This document shows positions 24,201 through 34,997 of a stretch of DNA of 64,000 nt, piece after piece; position 1 is the stretch's first letter, and each line of letters starts with the position of its first letter. The translations under genes and the position numbers were made by a program. Origin of the DNA: Podospora anserina (Eukaryota); the NCBI GenBank assembly GCA_017654855.1, contig CM030333.1:3906001-3970000 (forward strand), read 5' to 3'. Under the pieces are notes generated by a model. The model made no database searches. It saw only the letters and a program-made list of their open reading frames with translations, and was not told where the DNA came from.

Positions 24201-27200
24201 GCAACGCTAGACCCTCAACACTTTCGAGACCCTTCAAATCTATGAAACTATTGTTGACTTCGTGATAGGTCGACACATAAGTGAAAAAAAAAGGGGGCAA
24301 TGAAACAGCCTGGCTGCCTAACCCGCGCTCGGCGAGCCGGAATAGGAAGGCAACATAACACAACACAAGATAAACCAAACAAACATACATCTCAACCAAG
24401 AAAGCCTAGCCCACCTCGCCTCTCCTGTCTTCCCCAGACCTCCCACACCCATCTCCACACCCCAAGAAATGTACATACCATAGCCCAGCAAAACGGGAAA
24501 ACAAGGCGTAGGTATCCGCCCTCACCAGCAACATCGCCAGCCTCGGCAGAAGTAGCTAGCAAGCTGAACTCCCCCCGTGAGCCATCCAACCTCGTAGTCA
24601 GCACCCGGTTATGTCATCATCAACTCAGGCAGAAACTCGAACACCCAAGCATCACATCCAATACATCCCATCCCAACCTGCCGGCATCAATACCGCCACA
24701 ACAATCAGTCAGTCACTCCTGATCGACCGGTCCTCCCCAAAAGCCACGAAACCATCCCCTCCGTGTGCTCCATCCGATGACGAAAAAAAACGTGGCAGTG
24801 AAACCATCACTTTTCGGGCCCGTCAAGACACCCGGGCGAATAAGCCTCTGTCAACAGGAAAGCAAATACCGGGCCCGTAAAGGTGCGGTGTGGTGAGTGA
24901 TACAAACTGTAACAACAGCCACGCCAGAGAGTGCAACTCTGGGCTGTCCCGCACCGTAATATCTAGAATGAAAGGACCGATAGACATTACAGTGCAATAT
25001 CCCCAAGGCCAACCAGCTGATCAAGTGTGCAGCTCCCCAGCCTTCCTGGGGAAAAAGCCCTCTTGTTCATCTGTGCTGTTCTCACCGCGCCTTGCACCAA
25101 TACTAGTAAACTGCGCCCTTGATGAATAGGTAAAATGATAGTTGAAAATGTGAAATTTGGATGCTGCACCCTTACGCCAAGAAACTTGTCTCTTCGATTG
25201 ACAGGTACACTTGCGAGATTGATCCCGCCATAACAGCCTCCGATATACACCGCTACGTCCCCTCTCGCAGCGTCGAAAAGGCGGAGAGCCGAGAACACGG
25301 GACGTTGGGGTCCGCGGGGCTCGGCGAGGAGGCCGCATCCTCTTGCATGCTCTCCGGCTTCTACAGCCTTGGCTTTCAGGCCTCCCTTTTCGCATCTCAT
25401 CCTCTCGCAAAGGAAAAACAGATGACTCTTCTTTCGGGAACATGTTCAGCTCAACATGGGTAGAAACAACAACGCTCCTGCGTTACGATGGCTGGTAGGT
25501 AGTGTCATTCCTACCCAAGCACGTGGATGGCAAGTGGAAATACTAGGGAAGCAGCTTTCTGTGTAGTTGTTGGTTGCTCTGTACCACACAGCCTGCCGCT
25601 CCCGAAAAGAACATGAGATGGCATGTCGTCCAACCGTCCAATTGTGTGCCCTTGTTCGCTTGTAAAGAGCCGTCAGAGCACCAGTCTTGGCCCCCACAAC
25701 TCACTTGATCGTAGGGCTGCAGTTGGATGTCGACTCGTTTCAGAACCACCGGACACCGCAGCCGCAAAAGGGAATTTATTCGCAACCTAGAACAAGCTGC
25801 ACTGCAGGTTCGGTCCGAGATGGGAGATGAGTAACACGGTGATATTTTGGTTCGATGCCCGAATCGCCGTCTTGATATCAAGGTAAGCAAGATAGATTTG
25901 GAAGAAGTGCTGATGGTCAATGTTATTCTGAGGCATCTTTATGTGGAAGCCTGGAAAGGCCTAACGCAATGAGGGTATTTGACTTCCGGAGCTCAATGCC
26001 GGTGACCAATCTCCGCGCCAAGCTTCAAACGTTCCCGGGATGACGGGCGGGTAGCCGGGCATTTGGTTCTCTGGGACCGTGCCTCAAGAGAGCCGAGACA
26101 AAATGTCCCGGTAACCAGGGGGGAGGGGGCCATCCATGATCATGGTGCGGGACGAGGGGGGGGCCCGGCCCTCTGCTTGGGGTCCCTCTCGTCTGGATCG
26201 CACGTGGCACCAGGTACCACCATACCGTACCGACCACCACCATCAGTGAAGCAAACCCGCAATAGGCAAACTTATTCACTGTCGCTTAACCCAGGCGGCA
26301 AGGTCACAGAAGAGCCGCGGTCTGTACGACCCGACGAATATGGTGTGGTGTCAACATCAGTACTCCCCCCTAAGTCTGCAGATGGAAATAGTCTGAAACA
26401 GATATGCATCTCGGACATGATCGCAAAAGTCGCAGCCGTGATCAATATTCCCAGAGCGATACCGAGACACCGGAGTAGGTTGAAAAGTGACAGGTTGAGC
26501 AGTGAGATGTCCTCAACAATCATGACCAAAGATTCTTGGCTATTCGGCAATGTATTCCCCGGAAACCCTCCCTGATTGTGCCACTCGGTTGTGGTAGCGG
26601 GGCCTCCACGTGCTGACAGTCAGCAGCTTGGTAACCGCTCGTATAATTCAGCATCTTGATTGCTTCATGACATGAAGTTGTCGCGGTCTGGCGGACTTTG
26701 CTGTTTCCGATCAGGAAACTGACGGCCCGAAAATCTCACCGGAACCAATAGGTCTGGCTGCGGCTGGTATGGTCATTATTCCGTCCGATGGAGTCTCTCT
26801 GCACATTGCGTGGCTGCTAGGTCGGTGTGACTGGCATGCCACACTCGTCTATCCACAGACGAGCTCTAAACACCATTCTTGAGGTTGAACGATGACATGC
26901 TGAGTAACTCGCGTGTCGTCTGTACATACGTTCGCGGGGCAGATGCGGGACCTTACGTAGACGTTCGGTTGCTTGGCGGAGCGTATGGCGGATAACAGAC
27001 GGAAATAAGATATCGGACGACATAGCCCCTTCATGACCCGCCATCATCAGTTCCAATTCAAGAACCATGACTTGGGAATAGCCGTCGCACCACGTAAGTC
27101 TGACGTGCGGCTCGCGACGATGTGGGATATCTGATGGAAGAGCCATGTGCATTCCAAATTCTGTGTAGGTGTAGCCAGGTGCGGTTGTGGCAGATGCGTC

Positions 27201-28267
27201 TCTTGTGACATGTGGTTGGAAGCCCAACACGTGCTGTTGGTACAGCTGCAGATGCTCTGCCGAAAGCTTGCGGATCGTCCGGCACTGGCGATGCGTTCCA
27301 CTGGGTCGGAGACAGACGACAGACGACCGGTACCACCAGAGCACAAGTCCACCACACTTCGCGTACCACTGAGCCGCATCTGCAGGATTCTAGAGCACAC
27401 CAGATATCGGCACGCTGGCTTAAACCGGCAACGACATGCTGGTATTACTCGCGAGGAAGTCGCCGTGTATCGCCGTATGTCGCCGTATAAACCAGTTTGA
27501 AGACGAGCGGGGCATAGAGAATCCGGCGTGCCTGGCAATGTCTCTGTCTGCGTAGTCAGCATGCGACCGAACGACGTCAATGTAAACGGAAAAAGATTGT
27601 GAAGCCTCAGGCAAGGTACCTTTTTTGTCGCAGAGGGCTGCATGCAAGTGGCTCGCGCCAGGTGTAACCCCAGCAAAGCCCACTGGTGCTTACACAGGCC
27701 ACCAAGGCATCCATCCAATTCCATCTTTGGATGCCACTCAGCCCTATGCAAGTGTAGGAAAGTGGCCCAGTGTGCGTATTGACAGGTTTCGAAAAATCCC
27801 ATTCGCCCCCAAAAACGGTTTCGATGTTCGTTCTAATTCCCTGTTTGGTACTTGACTCTCGGCCCTATGCAAAGAGTAGCATCACCAGATGTCCGGATCT
27901 CACGGCTTGGAGGCGCAGATGCATCTCATCGTTGGGCCCAGTCCCGAAACCTGTCGTAACTGCCATGCATTTCGTCCAGCTTGCCTTGGTGCCGTCCAGT
28001 ACCTTTGGCCCATGCCGTGCGAGTCACATCCCCAGGGGGCGTGATATGTACCTTGACAAGGCGTTCCACCAATATCACCCAGTCGTATCACGATGCCTAA
28101 GGCGTGTGGGGAACGTAAGGAAAGTAAGGTCTCTTTTCGCCTTATGTCATCTCGCGGATTTGGGGCCCCCGCGGGGCACTGTCGCCTGCAACTACATGGC
28201 AGTTCAGGAAAGAGGGCGAGATGAAGTTGCATATCTATTCAAGTGGCATTGACATGTCGTTCAAAGT

Positions 28268-28278
28268 TATATATTTAA
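28268..28278 (+). promoter_or_regulatory. TATA-like box of the repeat-peptide gene
   Basis: TATATATTTAA about 200 nt upstream of ATG 28476, followed by a C/A-rich leader typical of fungal 5' UTRs. Confidence 0.5.
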
Positions 28279-28475
28279 GGAACTTCGTGTTCCCAGGTTC
28301 CGGTCCTGTTTTTATCATCAGCATCAGCAACACATCCCATCAACCGCGTCAGCCAGCTCAACTTTTTACTCACAGCATCACCACCAGCAAGCTCTTCCAA
28401 CACAACCTATCAACACCCAAACCATCATCCCTAGCCTCAGCTTTTAAACTTCAACCCATAACCCAAACCTTCGCA

Positions 28476-28815
28476 ATGGCTGCCTTCGCTTCTTTCACCA
28501 CTGAGCCTTGTGTCAACTATGGCCGCTCCGGCTACAACAAGTAAGTCGCCCTCTCGTCTCAACATCTTGGGGTCCCCATAGACTGACACCATGCTTCAGG
28601 GGCAACTCCGAGGATGATGAGGAGAACAAGTTTAGCAACTTTGGCCGCTCGGGATACAACAAGGGGAATGGCGAAGACGAGGAGGAGAAGTTCCGCAACC
28701 ATGGCCGCTCCGGCTACAACAAGTAAGCCTTCCGGCCATCGAGATCAACTTGAAGTCTTCCAACCAGAACTAACCGTTTCACAGGGAGAACGACAAGGAA
28801 GAGGATGACAAATAA
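28476..28815 (+). CDS. 72-aa tandem-repeat peptide (3x N[YFH]GRSGYNK with acidic spacers); candidate peptide/RiPP precursor
   Basis: Exons 28476-28540, 28600-28722, 28785-28815. Intron 28541-28599 is GTAAGT..CTGAC..CAG; intron 28723-28784 is GTAAGC..CTAAC..CAG. Spliced: MAAFASFTTEPCVNYGRSGYNKGNSEDDEENKFSNFGRSGYNKGNGEDEEEKFRNHGRSGYNKENDKEEDDK*. Synonymous codon differences between repeats (TCC/TCG, GGC/GGA) indicate protein-level constraint. Confidence 0.85.
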
Positions 28816-29218
28816 GTGCCTCCGGAAAATTCACAACACCAGACCGGCATTCTCTCCCCTCTTAATAACCAGCTCAACTCTGAAGCCATCGCCAGCTCAC
28901 CGGGGCAAGACTCGCCGACTGTCTTCTGTTTCCTCCTTTGTTTTTCCATTTGTTTTAGAAGATTTCATCCGTCATCACTGACGATACTCCTCATGTACCA
29001 TCAATGCATATAGACGGGCGGCATAAATATCCGGGGTGGCGACCTGATCGCATCCCAAAACCTCAAGAGATGGACCTCACGGTCAATGGCGACAGGCGGT
29101 GGATTTCCTTTGTCGTACACGAAATGGCCGGGACGAATCATGAGCTTCTGGCCCCTCGATGGGGACCTTGTACAACACGGATATTATTATTAGTTAGACT
29201 AGAATTGCATTTGCATAT

Positions 29219-31058
29219 TCATTTTCCAACACAGAATCTGTACCACATTGTCAGTCAATAGTCTCTTCATCACATTGCACAAAAAGGAGCATTACTTTTC
29301 GAAGATCACTCCTAACACTTCTTCGACGTCCCCGGAGTCGCCGCGTCCCGTGATACAGGCAAGCCGGTTGGCGGCAAGTCGCAAGTGCTCCGCCGCGAGT
29401 ACAACGTCGGGTTCTCTTCCGGCCCCGCACGCTTGTGCCTCCGTCATGAAGCCTTCTAGATGCATCTGGCATTCAAAGAGAAGTTGATTTTGTCGTTCAG
29501 TGACACCAAGCAAATGATGCACATCGCCAGGCAATGAGGTGAGCTCTGAGAATGATTGGACCAGTCTCTCAGTGAGGGTATGAACACCACCTGGATCCGT
29601 TAGCCCTGCAGCCGCCGTCGCCGCAGCCTTGCAGGAAATGGTGAGCGGCTCGGCACCTTGGAGACCCTGAACGCTCCCAAGAGCCGAACTTTTAAAACCT
29701 TGGATCAGCGGTTCCAGTGTTTCTCGTTCCACAACATCACTCTTGTTCACCGCAACCAAGCACTGCTGAGCTGCAGCTGCTAATTTCAGCGTCTCCACGT
29801 CATAGCTTATCTGGTGACCGCCTCCTTTTACTGCTTCCACGGAGGCCAAGACGATGACAATGTCCGAATCCATTGCCTTCTGACGTGCTCTGCGGATGCC
29901 CTCCTGCTCGATAGCGCCGATGACTGGGCTCGAGTCCCCGTCAAGATTAGCAATCGACCTGGTCGACTCGGTTCGTATGCCAGCTGTGTCAGCAAACGAA
30001 CAGAGATATCCCCGAATATCAAGATTCGCCTCGATAACGTCGCGGGTAGTTCCCGCTTCCGAGGAAACAATGGAAGCTTCCCGTCCAACAATCTGGTTCA
30101 TCAAAGAGCTCTTCCCGGCATTGGGCGGTCCCAACAGAGCTATCCGGATACCGTTCCGTAGAAGCTCACTCTTTTGGCTGCCAAGCTTGTGCATGTTGAT
30201 TGAATGCAAGATGCCCTCCACTAGCCGTCTGACATTGGTAAGCAGCTCGGTCGGGGATTCGTCAAAGTGCTGATCTTCTGAGAAGTCAATGAGTGCCTCG
30301 ATCTCACCCCGAGCCAGCAAAAGTTCCTCTCGCCAGCGTTCGTATGTTTTGCCCAAAACACCCGAGTTGCCCTGCACGGCCACGCGTCGTTGCTGTTCTG
30401 TCACGGCGTCAAGAGTGTCGCCCAGTGACTCCACCTGTGCAAGATCGAGCCTCCCATTCAGGAATGCACGTCTCGTGAATTCGCCTGGTTCAGCATATCG
30501 AACTTTGCCCGTGGTCGAGCACTTTGGAATCGCCGCAAGCACAGCCTTGATCGTAGCAGAGCCTCCATGGACGTGCAATTCAAGCACATCTTCGCCAGTC
30601 ACGGTCTTGGGCCCAGGGAAGTAGAGAATGAGGGAATCCGAGTCCAGGATATTGCCATTGGGCAGATTGGCAGAAGCTGGGTCAAGCAACGTCCTCACAC
30701 CAGCATATCTGGGTTTCGGTGGAGGTTTCGTTGGGCATAGTGCTTTGTAAACCTAATCACATGTTAATGGAGAACTTATCACTATACTCCACGATGGATA
30801 ATGTGTTACGCTTAAAGAACCTGGGCCAGAAATGCGGATAACGGCTATGCCCGCCTTTCCCGCACCCGATGACAAGGCATATATGGTGTCGTCGTTCTCA
30901 TTGAAGAGCATGTCGTCAGTTCTTGGCGTAGCATAACCAAACTGCCGCATGCTGGGTTTATGACATGACAGCCATGGTTGAGGTTGTTGTTGAGCGGGCG
31001 CAACAGGCAATGCCCACGGCCGTGCTGTGAGTGCTCTCTTCAACACATAGCGAAACAT
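29219..31058 (-). CDS. MSS1: Mitochondrial tRNA modification GTPase Mss1/MnmE (TrmE)
   Basis: Arg-rich presequence MFRYVLKRALTAR, DTIYALSSGAGKAGIAVIRISGP, FPGPKTVTGEDVLELHVHG, AEPGEFTRRAFLNGRLDL, GPPNAGKSS, GTTRD, DTAG, NKSD. The C-terminal FCVGK* is on a short last exon after an intron. Confidence 0.95.
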
Positions 31059-31431
31059 TGACAAAAATCAAAAGGGAGAAAAGCGGGAATACAGCAGGGA
31101 AAAAACAGGTCTGGCGTTGTTTGTCATTGCTTCTTTCCTTCATATTCAATTGAAGTTTCATGTTGGAGCTTCCAATGCTTGATCTCTGATTGGCTGGTAC
31201 GGGGGTAGCTCCGATAAGATAATCGGTGGCACGGACCCGTTCGCTATCAACCAAAACTTCTGTCTCCAAAAAATTTATCAGCAGCGCATCTGGACGAGCC
31301 CCTCCAGAATCAACGATTTGCCTACGAATTCTCGACCTTTGCCTCCCTCCCACACCCGCAACAAAACTGCGCGTAGTTTTTCACCACCACCATAACGCAG
31401 ACAAGACAGGCCGAACTCGAGAACCGCGATC

Positions 31432-32592
31432 ATGTCTGACGAAATCGTCTGGCAGATTATAAATCGTAAGCATTGGTTTTCATGGAGGCGAATTGGTTGC
31501 ATGGTCTCAGTCGCTAACTATCCGAGTAGAACAGTTTTGCGCCTTCAAGCTCAAGTACGCATTAGATTATTTGCCATTTTGAGCTACACAAACTGACTTT
31601 ACTTAGGACGACAAAGGGCCAGAACTTTTGCAGAAATGAACACTCGGTCAGCGGTCTTTGCAACAGGCAAAGTTGCCCTCTCGCCAACAGCAGATATGCA
31701 ACCATCAGATCATCGCCCAAGGGCACGATATATCTGTACATAAAGACAGTACGTGGCCATCGCTGTGACGAAAGATGACAGTGGCAATGGGCGAATGGCT
31801 AACTGTGTATGCTCTCAACAGATCGAGAGAGCGCATATGCCAGCGAAATGGTGGGAGAAGATCAAGCTTTCCCAGAACTACGCGACGGCCCTCCAGCAGA
31901 TCGAAGACAAGCTCCAATACTTTCCCAAGTTTCTTCAGCACAAGTGCAAGCAACGTCTTACGAGACTCGTACAAGTAGCGACCCGCATGCGCAAGCTCGC
32001 CGCCGAGGAAGCCAGACTTGGCGAACAGCTCGTACCAAAGATGGCGCCAAAGATCAAGGCACGTGAAGCCGCCAGAGAACGCAAGGCCCTTGCGGCGGCC
32101 AAGCTGGAGAGGACGATCGAGAGAGAGCTTCTTGAAAGACTGCGACAAGGCGCGTACGGAGACCAGCCCCTCAACTGCAATGCGACTATCTGGAAGAAGG
32201 TGCTCAATGCTCTTGAGAACGAGGGCGAGGGCACCCGCGATAAGGACATGGACAAGGGTATTGAGGATGATGATGAGTCCGAGAAGGAGATGGAGGAGGA
32301 GCTGGAAGAGGAGGACGAGGAAGAGGACGGAAACGTCGAGTATGTTTCTGACTTTGATGAAAGCGACGAAGAACTCGCGGATATCGAGGACTGGTTGGGC
32401 AGCGAGGAAGAGGATGATGCCGAAGACGATGACGATGATGAGGATGACAGTGAGGAGGACGACGACGAGGAGATCAAGAAGAAGGCCGGTGATAAGCGGA
32501 AGAGAGGTCGGGCCGTCAAGCCATCGGCACGCAAGAGGAAGGAGATCGAGGTGGAGAGAGAGACAGAGCGGTCCAAGCTCCTTGCTTTCTAG
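31432..32592 (+). CDS. MAK16: Mak16 60S ribosome biogenesis protein, 4 exons
   Basis: Spliced [21 protein letters not shown]...[27 protein letters not shown]...[21 protein letters not shown]...[10 protein letters not shown]...[15 protein letters not shown] plus an acidic tail; three short GT..AG introns. Confidence 0.95.
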
Positions 32593-33280
32593 ATATGGGA
32601 ATGGACGGCAGGATGGAAAAGAGCTTTACTCGGCGTTTATGGGTTGTTCATCATGGCTGGCAAGATGGGTTGCCAGGTGTCTTTATGTAATACCGACTTG
32701 GACTGGGTATATAGAGCCCGTGCATTATCAGCAAGCGATTCACCATGTGGTGTTGATTGTATATCTACAGTACTGTATTGTTCATTGTGAGCTTCCCAGT
32801 CGCAGCCTTGTAAGTGCATTGACACGTCAAGCCAGCTGTTCGGCTATAAGTGGGGCAGACGAGGCTTGTTGGAATGCCCCGTGAGTGGTATGAAACACTG
32901 CGACACTGCACAAGCGCTGAAACCAAGTCGGTCGTGGGATTGCCACTCACTCTCCCAGCTTTCTTCCTACAACTCTTCCAACTTTGAACAACCTGACAAC
33001 CGGCCCACGACCGCAGAATTCCGCCATCTGAGTAGCACAGCAGGTTGAATGTCAACTACCCCACGGTATTCTAGACAGCTTAATTCAGTGACCTTTTTCT
33101 CTTCTCGGCTGGCAACCAAGCAATAATTCGCGACCGCTCATTCGCTCGCGCAACGATTCACACGACAACAACTCGTTTTCCGACCGACCACCAAGAAAGC
33201 TTAATTCAGTGATCGAAAATCGTCCAACATTCCCCCAGGGCCACAGTGTAGCAAACAGCGAAAGAAGGAATAGAGCCACC

Positions 33281-34099
33281 ATGGCCTCATGGTACAGCTC
33301 CCTCCTGACCAACGCGTCCACAAACATCACCAAGCTCCAGCGAACCTACTTCGCGGGCGAATCCGACGGCGACACCGAAGACGACACGCATGTCTGCCGC
33401 GTCTTGAGAAACTACTACACCGAAAAAGGCAGCCCCTTCCCCGGCTGGCTGCCCCCCGACCCGAAGGCTCCTCCACCGCAACAACCTGTTTTGGCGCAGC
33501 AGCAACAGGGCAGATATGGCGGGTTTAACAACCAGGCTGGACCGGGAGGGTCGCAGACGAGATTGAATAGTCTGTGGGATAATAACAAGGGCGGTCAGCA
33601 GCAGGGACAGGTTGCGAGCAGTAGGAACCCATTTGCTGCTGGGGGACAGGCGGTGCAGCAGGATAATAGGCCGCAGGTGCAGAGTTTGAGGACAGGGGGG
33701 AGTTATCAGGGGGGTGGGAGGCCGGATGGTATGTCACCCACAGGAAGCGCGGCGAGTGGGACGAGCGCGCAAGAAAAGTTGAAGCAGAGGCTTTGGGGGG
33801 GAGGTGCAAGGACTACGAGCCCGAATGCGGCGGGGCCTTTCCAACCGCCGGCTCCTCAGCAGCAACAGCAGGCGCCGCCTCCACAGCAAGGTAGACGGGG
33901 GTGGGGAGGGGCTGCTGCTCCGGAGGGGGGGTATTCTAGTAGGCGGGACGAGAGGCCGGTTATGAGTGCGAATGCGCCGTGGGCGGATGGGGGTTTTGAT
34001 TCTCCTTCTGGCGGCGGCGGTGGTGGTGGTGGAGGGAGGAGTTATGGTTTGCCGAGCGGACCAAGGGGAGGGTTGCCAAGTGGTCCTCGACCGAGATGA
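33281..34099 (+). CDS. MSO1: Mso1-like Sec1-binding exocytosis protein
   Basis: Start in good context (ACCATGG). N-terminal ESDGDTEDDTHVCRVLRNYYTEKGSPFPGWL matches the Mso1 Sec1-binding motif; low-complexity G/Q/P tail. Confidence 0.8.
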   Translation: MASWYSSLLTNASTNITKLQRTYFAGESDGDTEDDTHVCRVLRNYYTEKGSPFPGWLPPDPKAPPPQQPVLAQQQQGRYGGFNNQAGPGGSQTRLNSLWDNNKGGQQQGQVASSRNPFAAGGQAVQQDNRPQVQSLRTGGSYQGGGRPDGMSPTGSAASGTSAQEKLKQRLWGGGARTTSPNAAGPFQPPAPQQQQQAPPPQQGRRGWGGAAAPEGGYSSRRDERPVMSANAPWADGGFDSPSGGGGGGGGGRSYGLPSGPRGGLPSGPRPR

Positions 34100-34997
34100 T
34101 GGGTTGGTGCTAGGGAAAGGCCGAAAGCATTGGGATGAATGAATCTTGTAATTGGATCTATGGGTCAAGAGTGACAGAGGGGATGCTGGTGTGACGACTC
34201 GGATTCCGTGTACAGAGTCGGCCGCGTCCAGTTACGCGGACTACAGTGAAATGCGAACCAAGCCGTTCTCCACCAGTGAAAGCCGAGCCATGACTTCAGG
34301 GGCTTCGATGGGTTGGAAGACAGCTACAGGGACAGTCGAACATATTACGGGAAAACTTTACTCTCAACAACCGTGTGAACAACGGAGATGATCATTTCAG
34401 CAACAAATAGTACAGAAAGCGTTGTCAAGCAGGCGTGTGTTTGATGTATCAGTATGTCCATAGCCGTAAGTCGTGCCTTGATGGCAGCAAATCATCTATT
34501 TTACAAAGGCACCGCGAGAATATTCTCTTCTTGGAATTTCTCGGCAAGACTATCACCATGGTCTGTTTGTTGGCATCAGATGACGACGACATGCCCCGAG
34601 TGGTACGTGTTGAAGGCGAGGGCTGGTTTTGCCTCGGTGATAGCAAGTACCGGTACCTTTTCTTAGCTATTATTAGGTAAGGACCAGCGGCCTATCAAAG
34701 TACCGGTACCTTGATCAGGGAGCAACCCCTCCAACTGCGCGGGGTTGCCTGCCCATCTGGGCGTTCCTTCAACCTTGACAAGCCCCCCAAAGCTTATAAA
34801 ACACCTCGTGGTCACAGTCCACTACCTACCAGTCCGTCTCCTGCTGACCCCGGGCAAACCATTGCGCATGTGAATCTGTTTTTCGTTCAAAAGATCTAGT
34901 ACCTATCTGTTGCGAAATAATTAACCAACCTAGCACACAGCCTCAGCGAGCTAGCTAAGGGAGGGATCCAAGCGGTTGCTGTTGCTGCTTTGCGACA

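Noticed and set aside
26817-28252. Overlapping 100-250 aa ORFs upstream of the peptide gene as candidate modifying enzymes
   Set aside because: Cys/Arg/Trp-rich random-looking translations on both strands, with no catalytic motifs or coding-like codon bias.
28476-28815. Classical dikaritin/KEP precursor or mating pheromone precursor
   Set aside because: No hydrophobic signal peptide, no KR/RR sites, no CaaX end, and no DUF3328 or tyrosinase gene in the window. Kept only as a non-canonical candidate.
19164-32592. MKT1 and MAK16 (both named for yeast killer dsRNA maintenance) in one neighbourhood, as a possible antiviral cluster
   Set aside because: Both are conserved housekeeping genes 10 kb apart with unrelated genes between them; the shared naming is historical.
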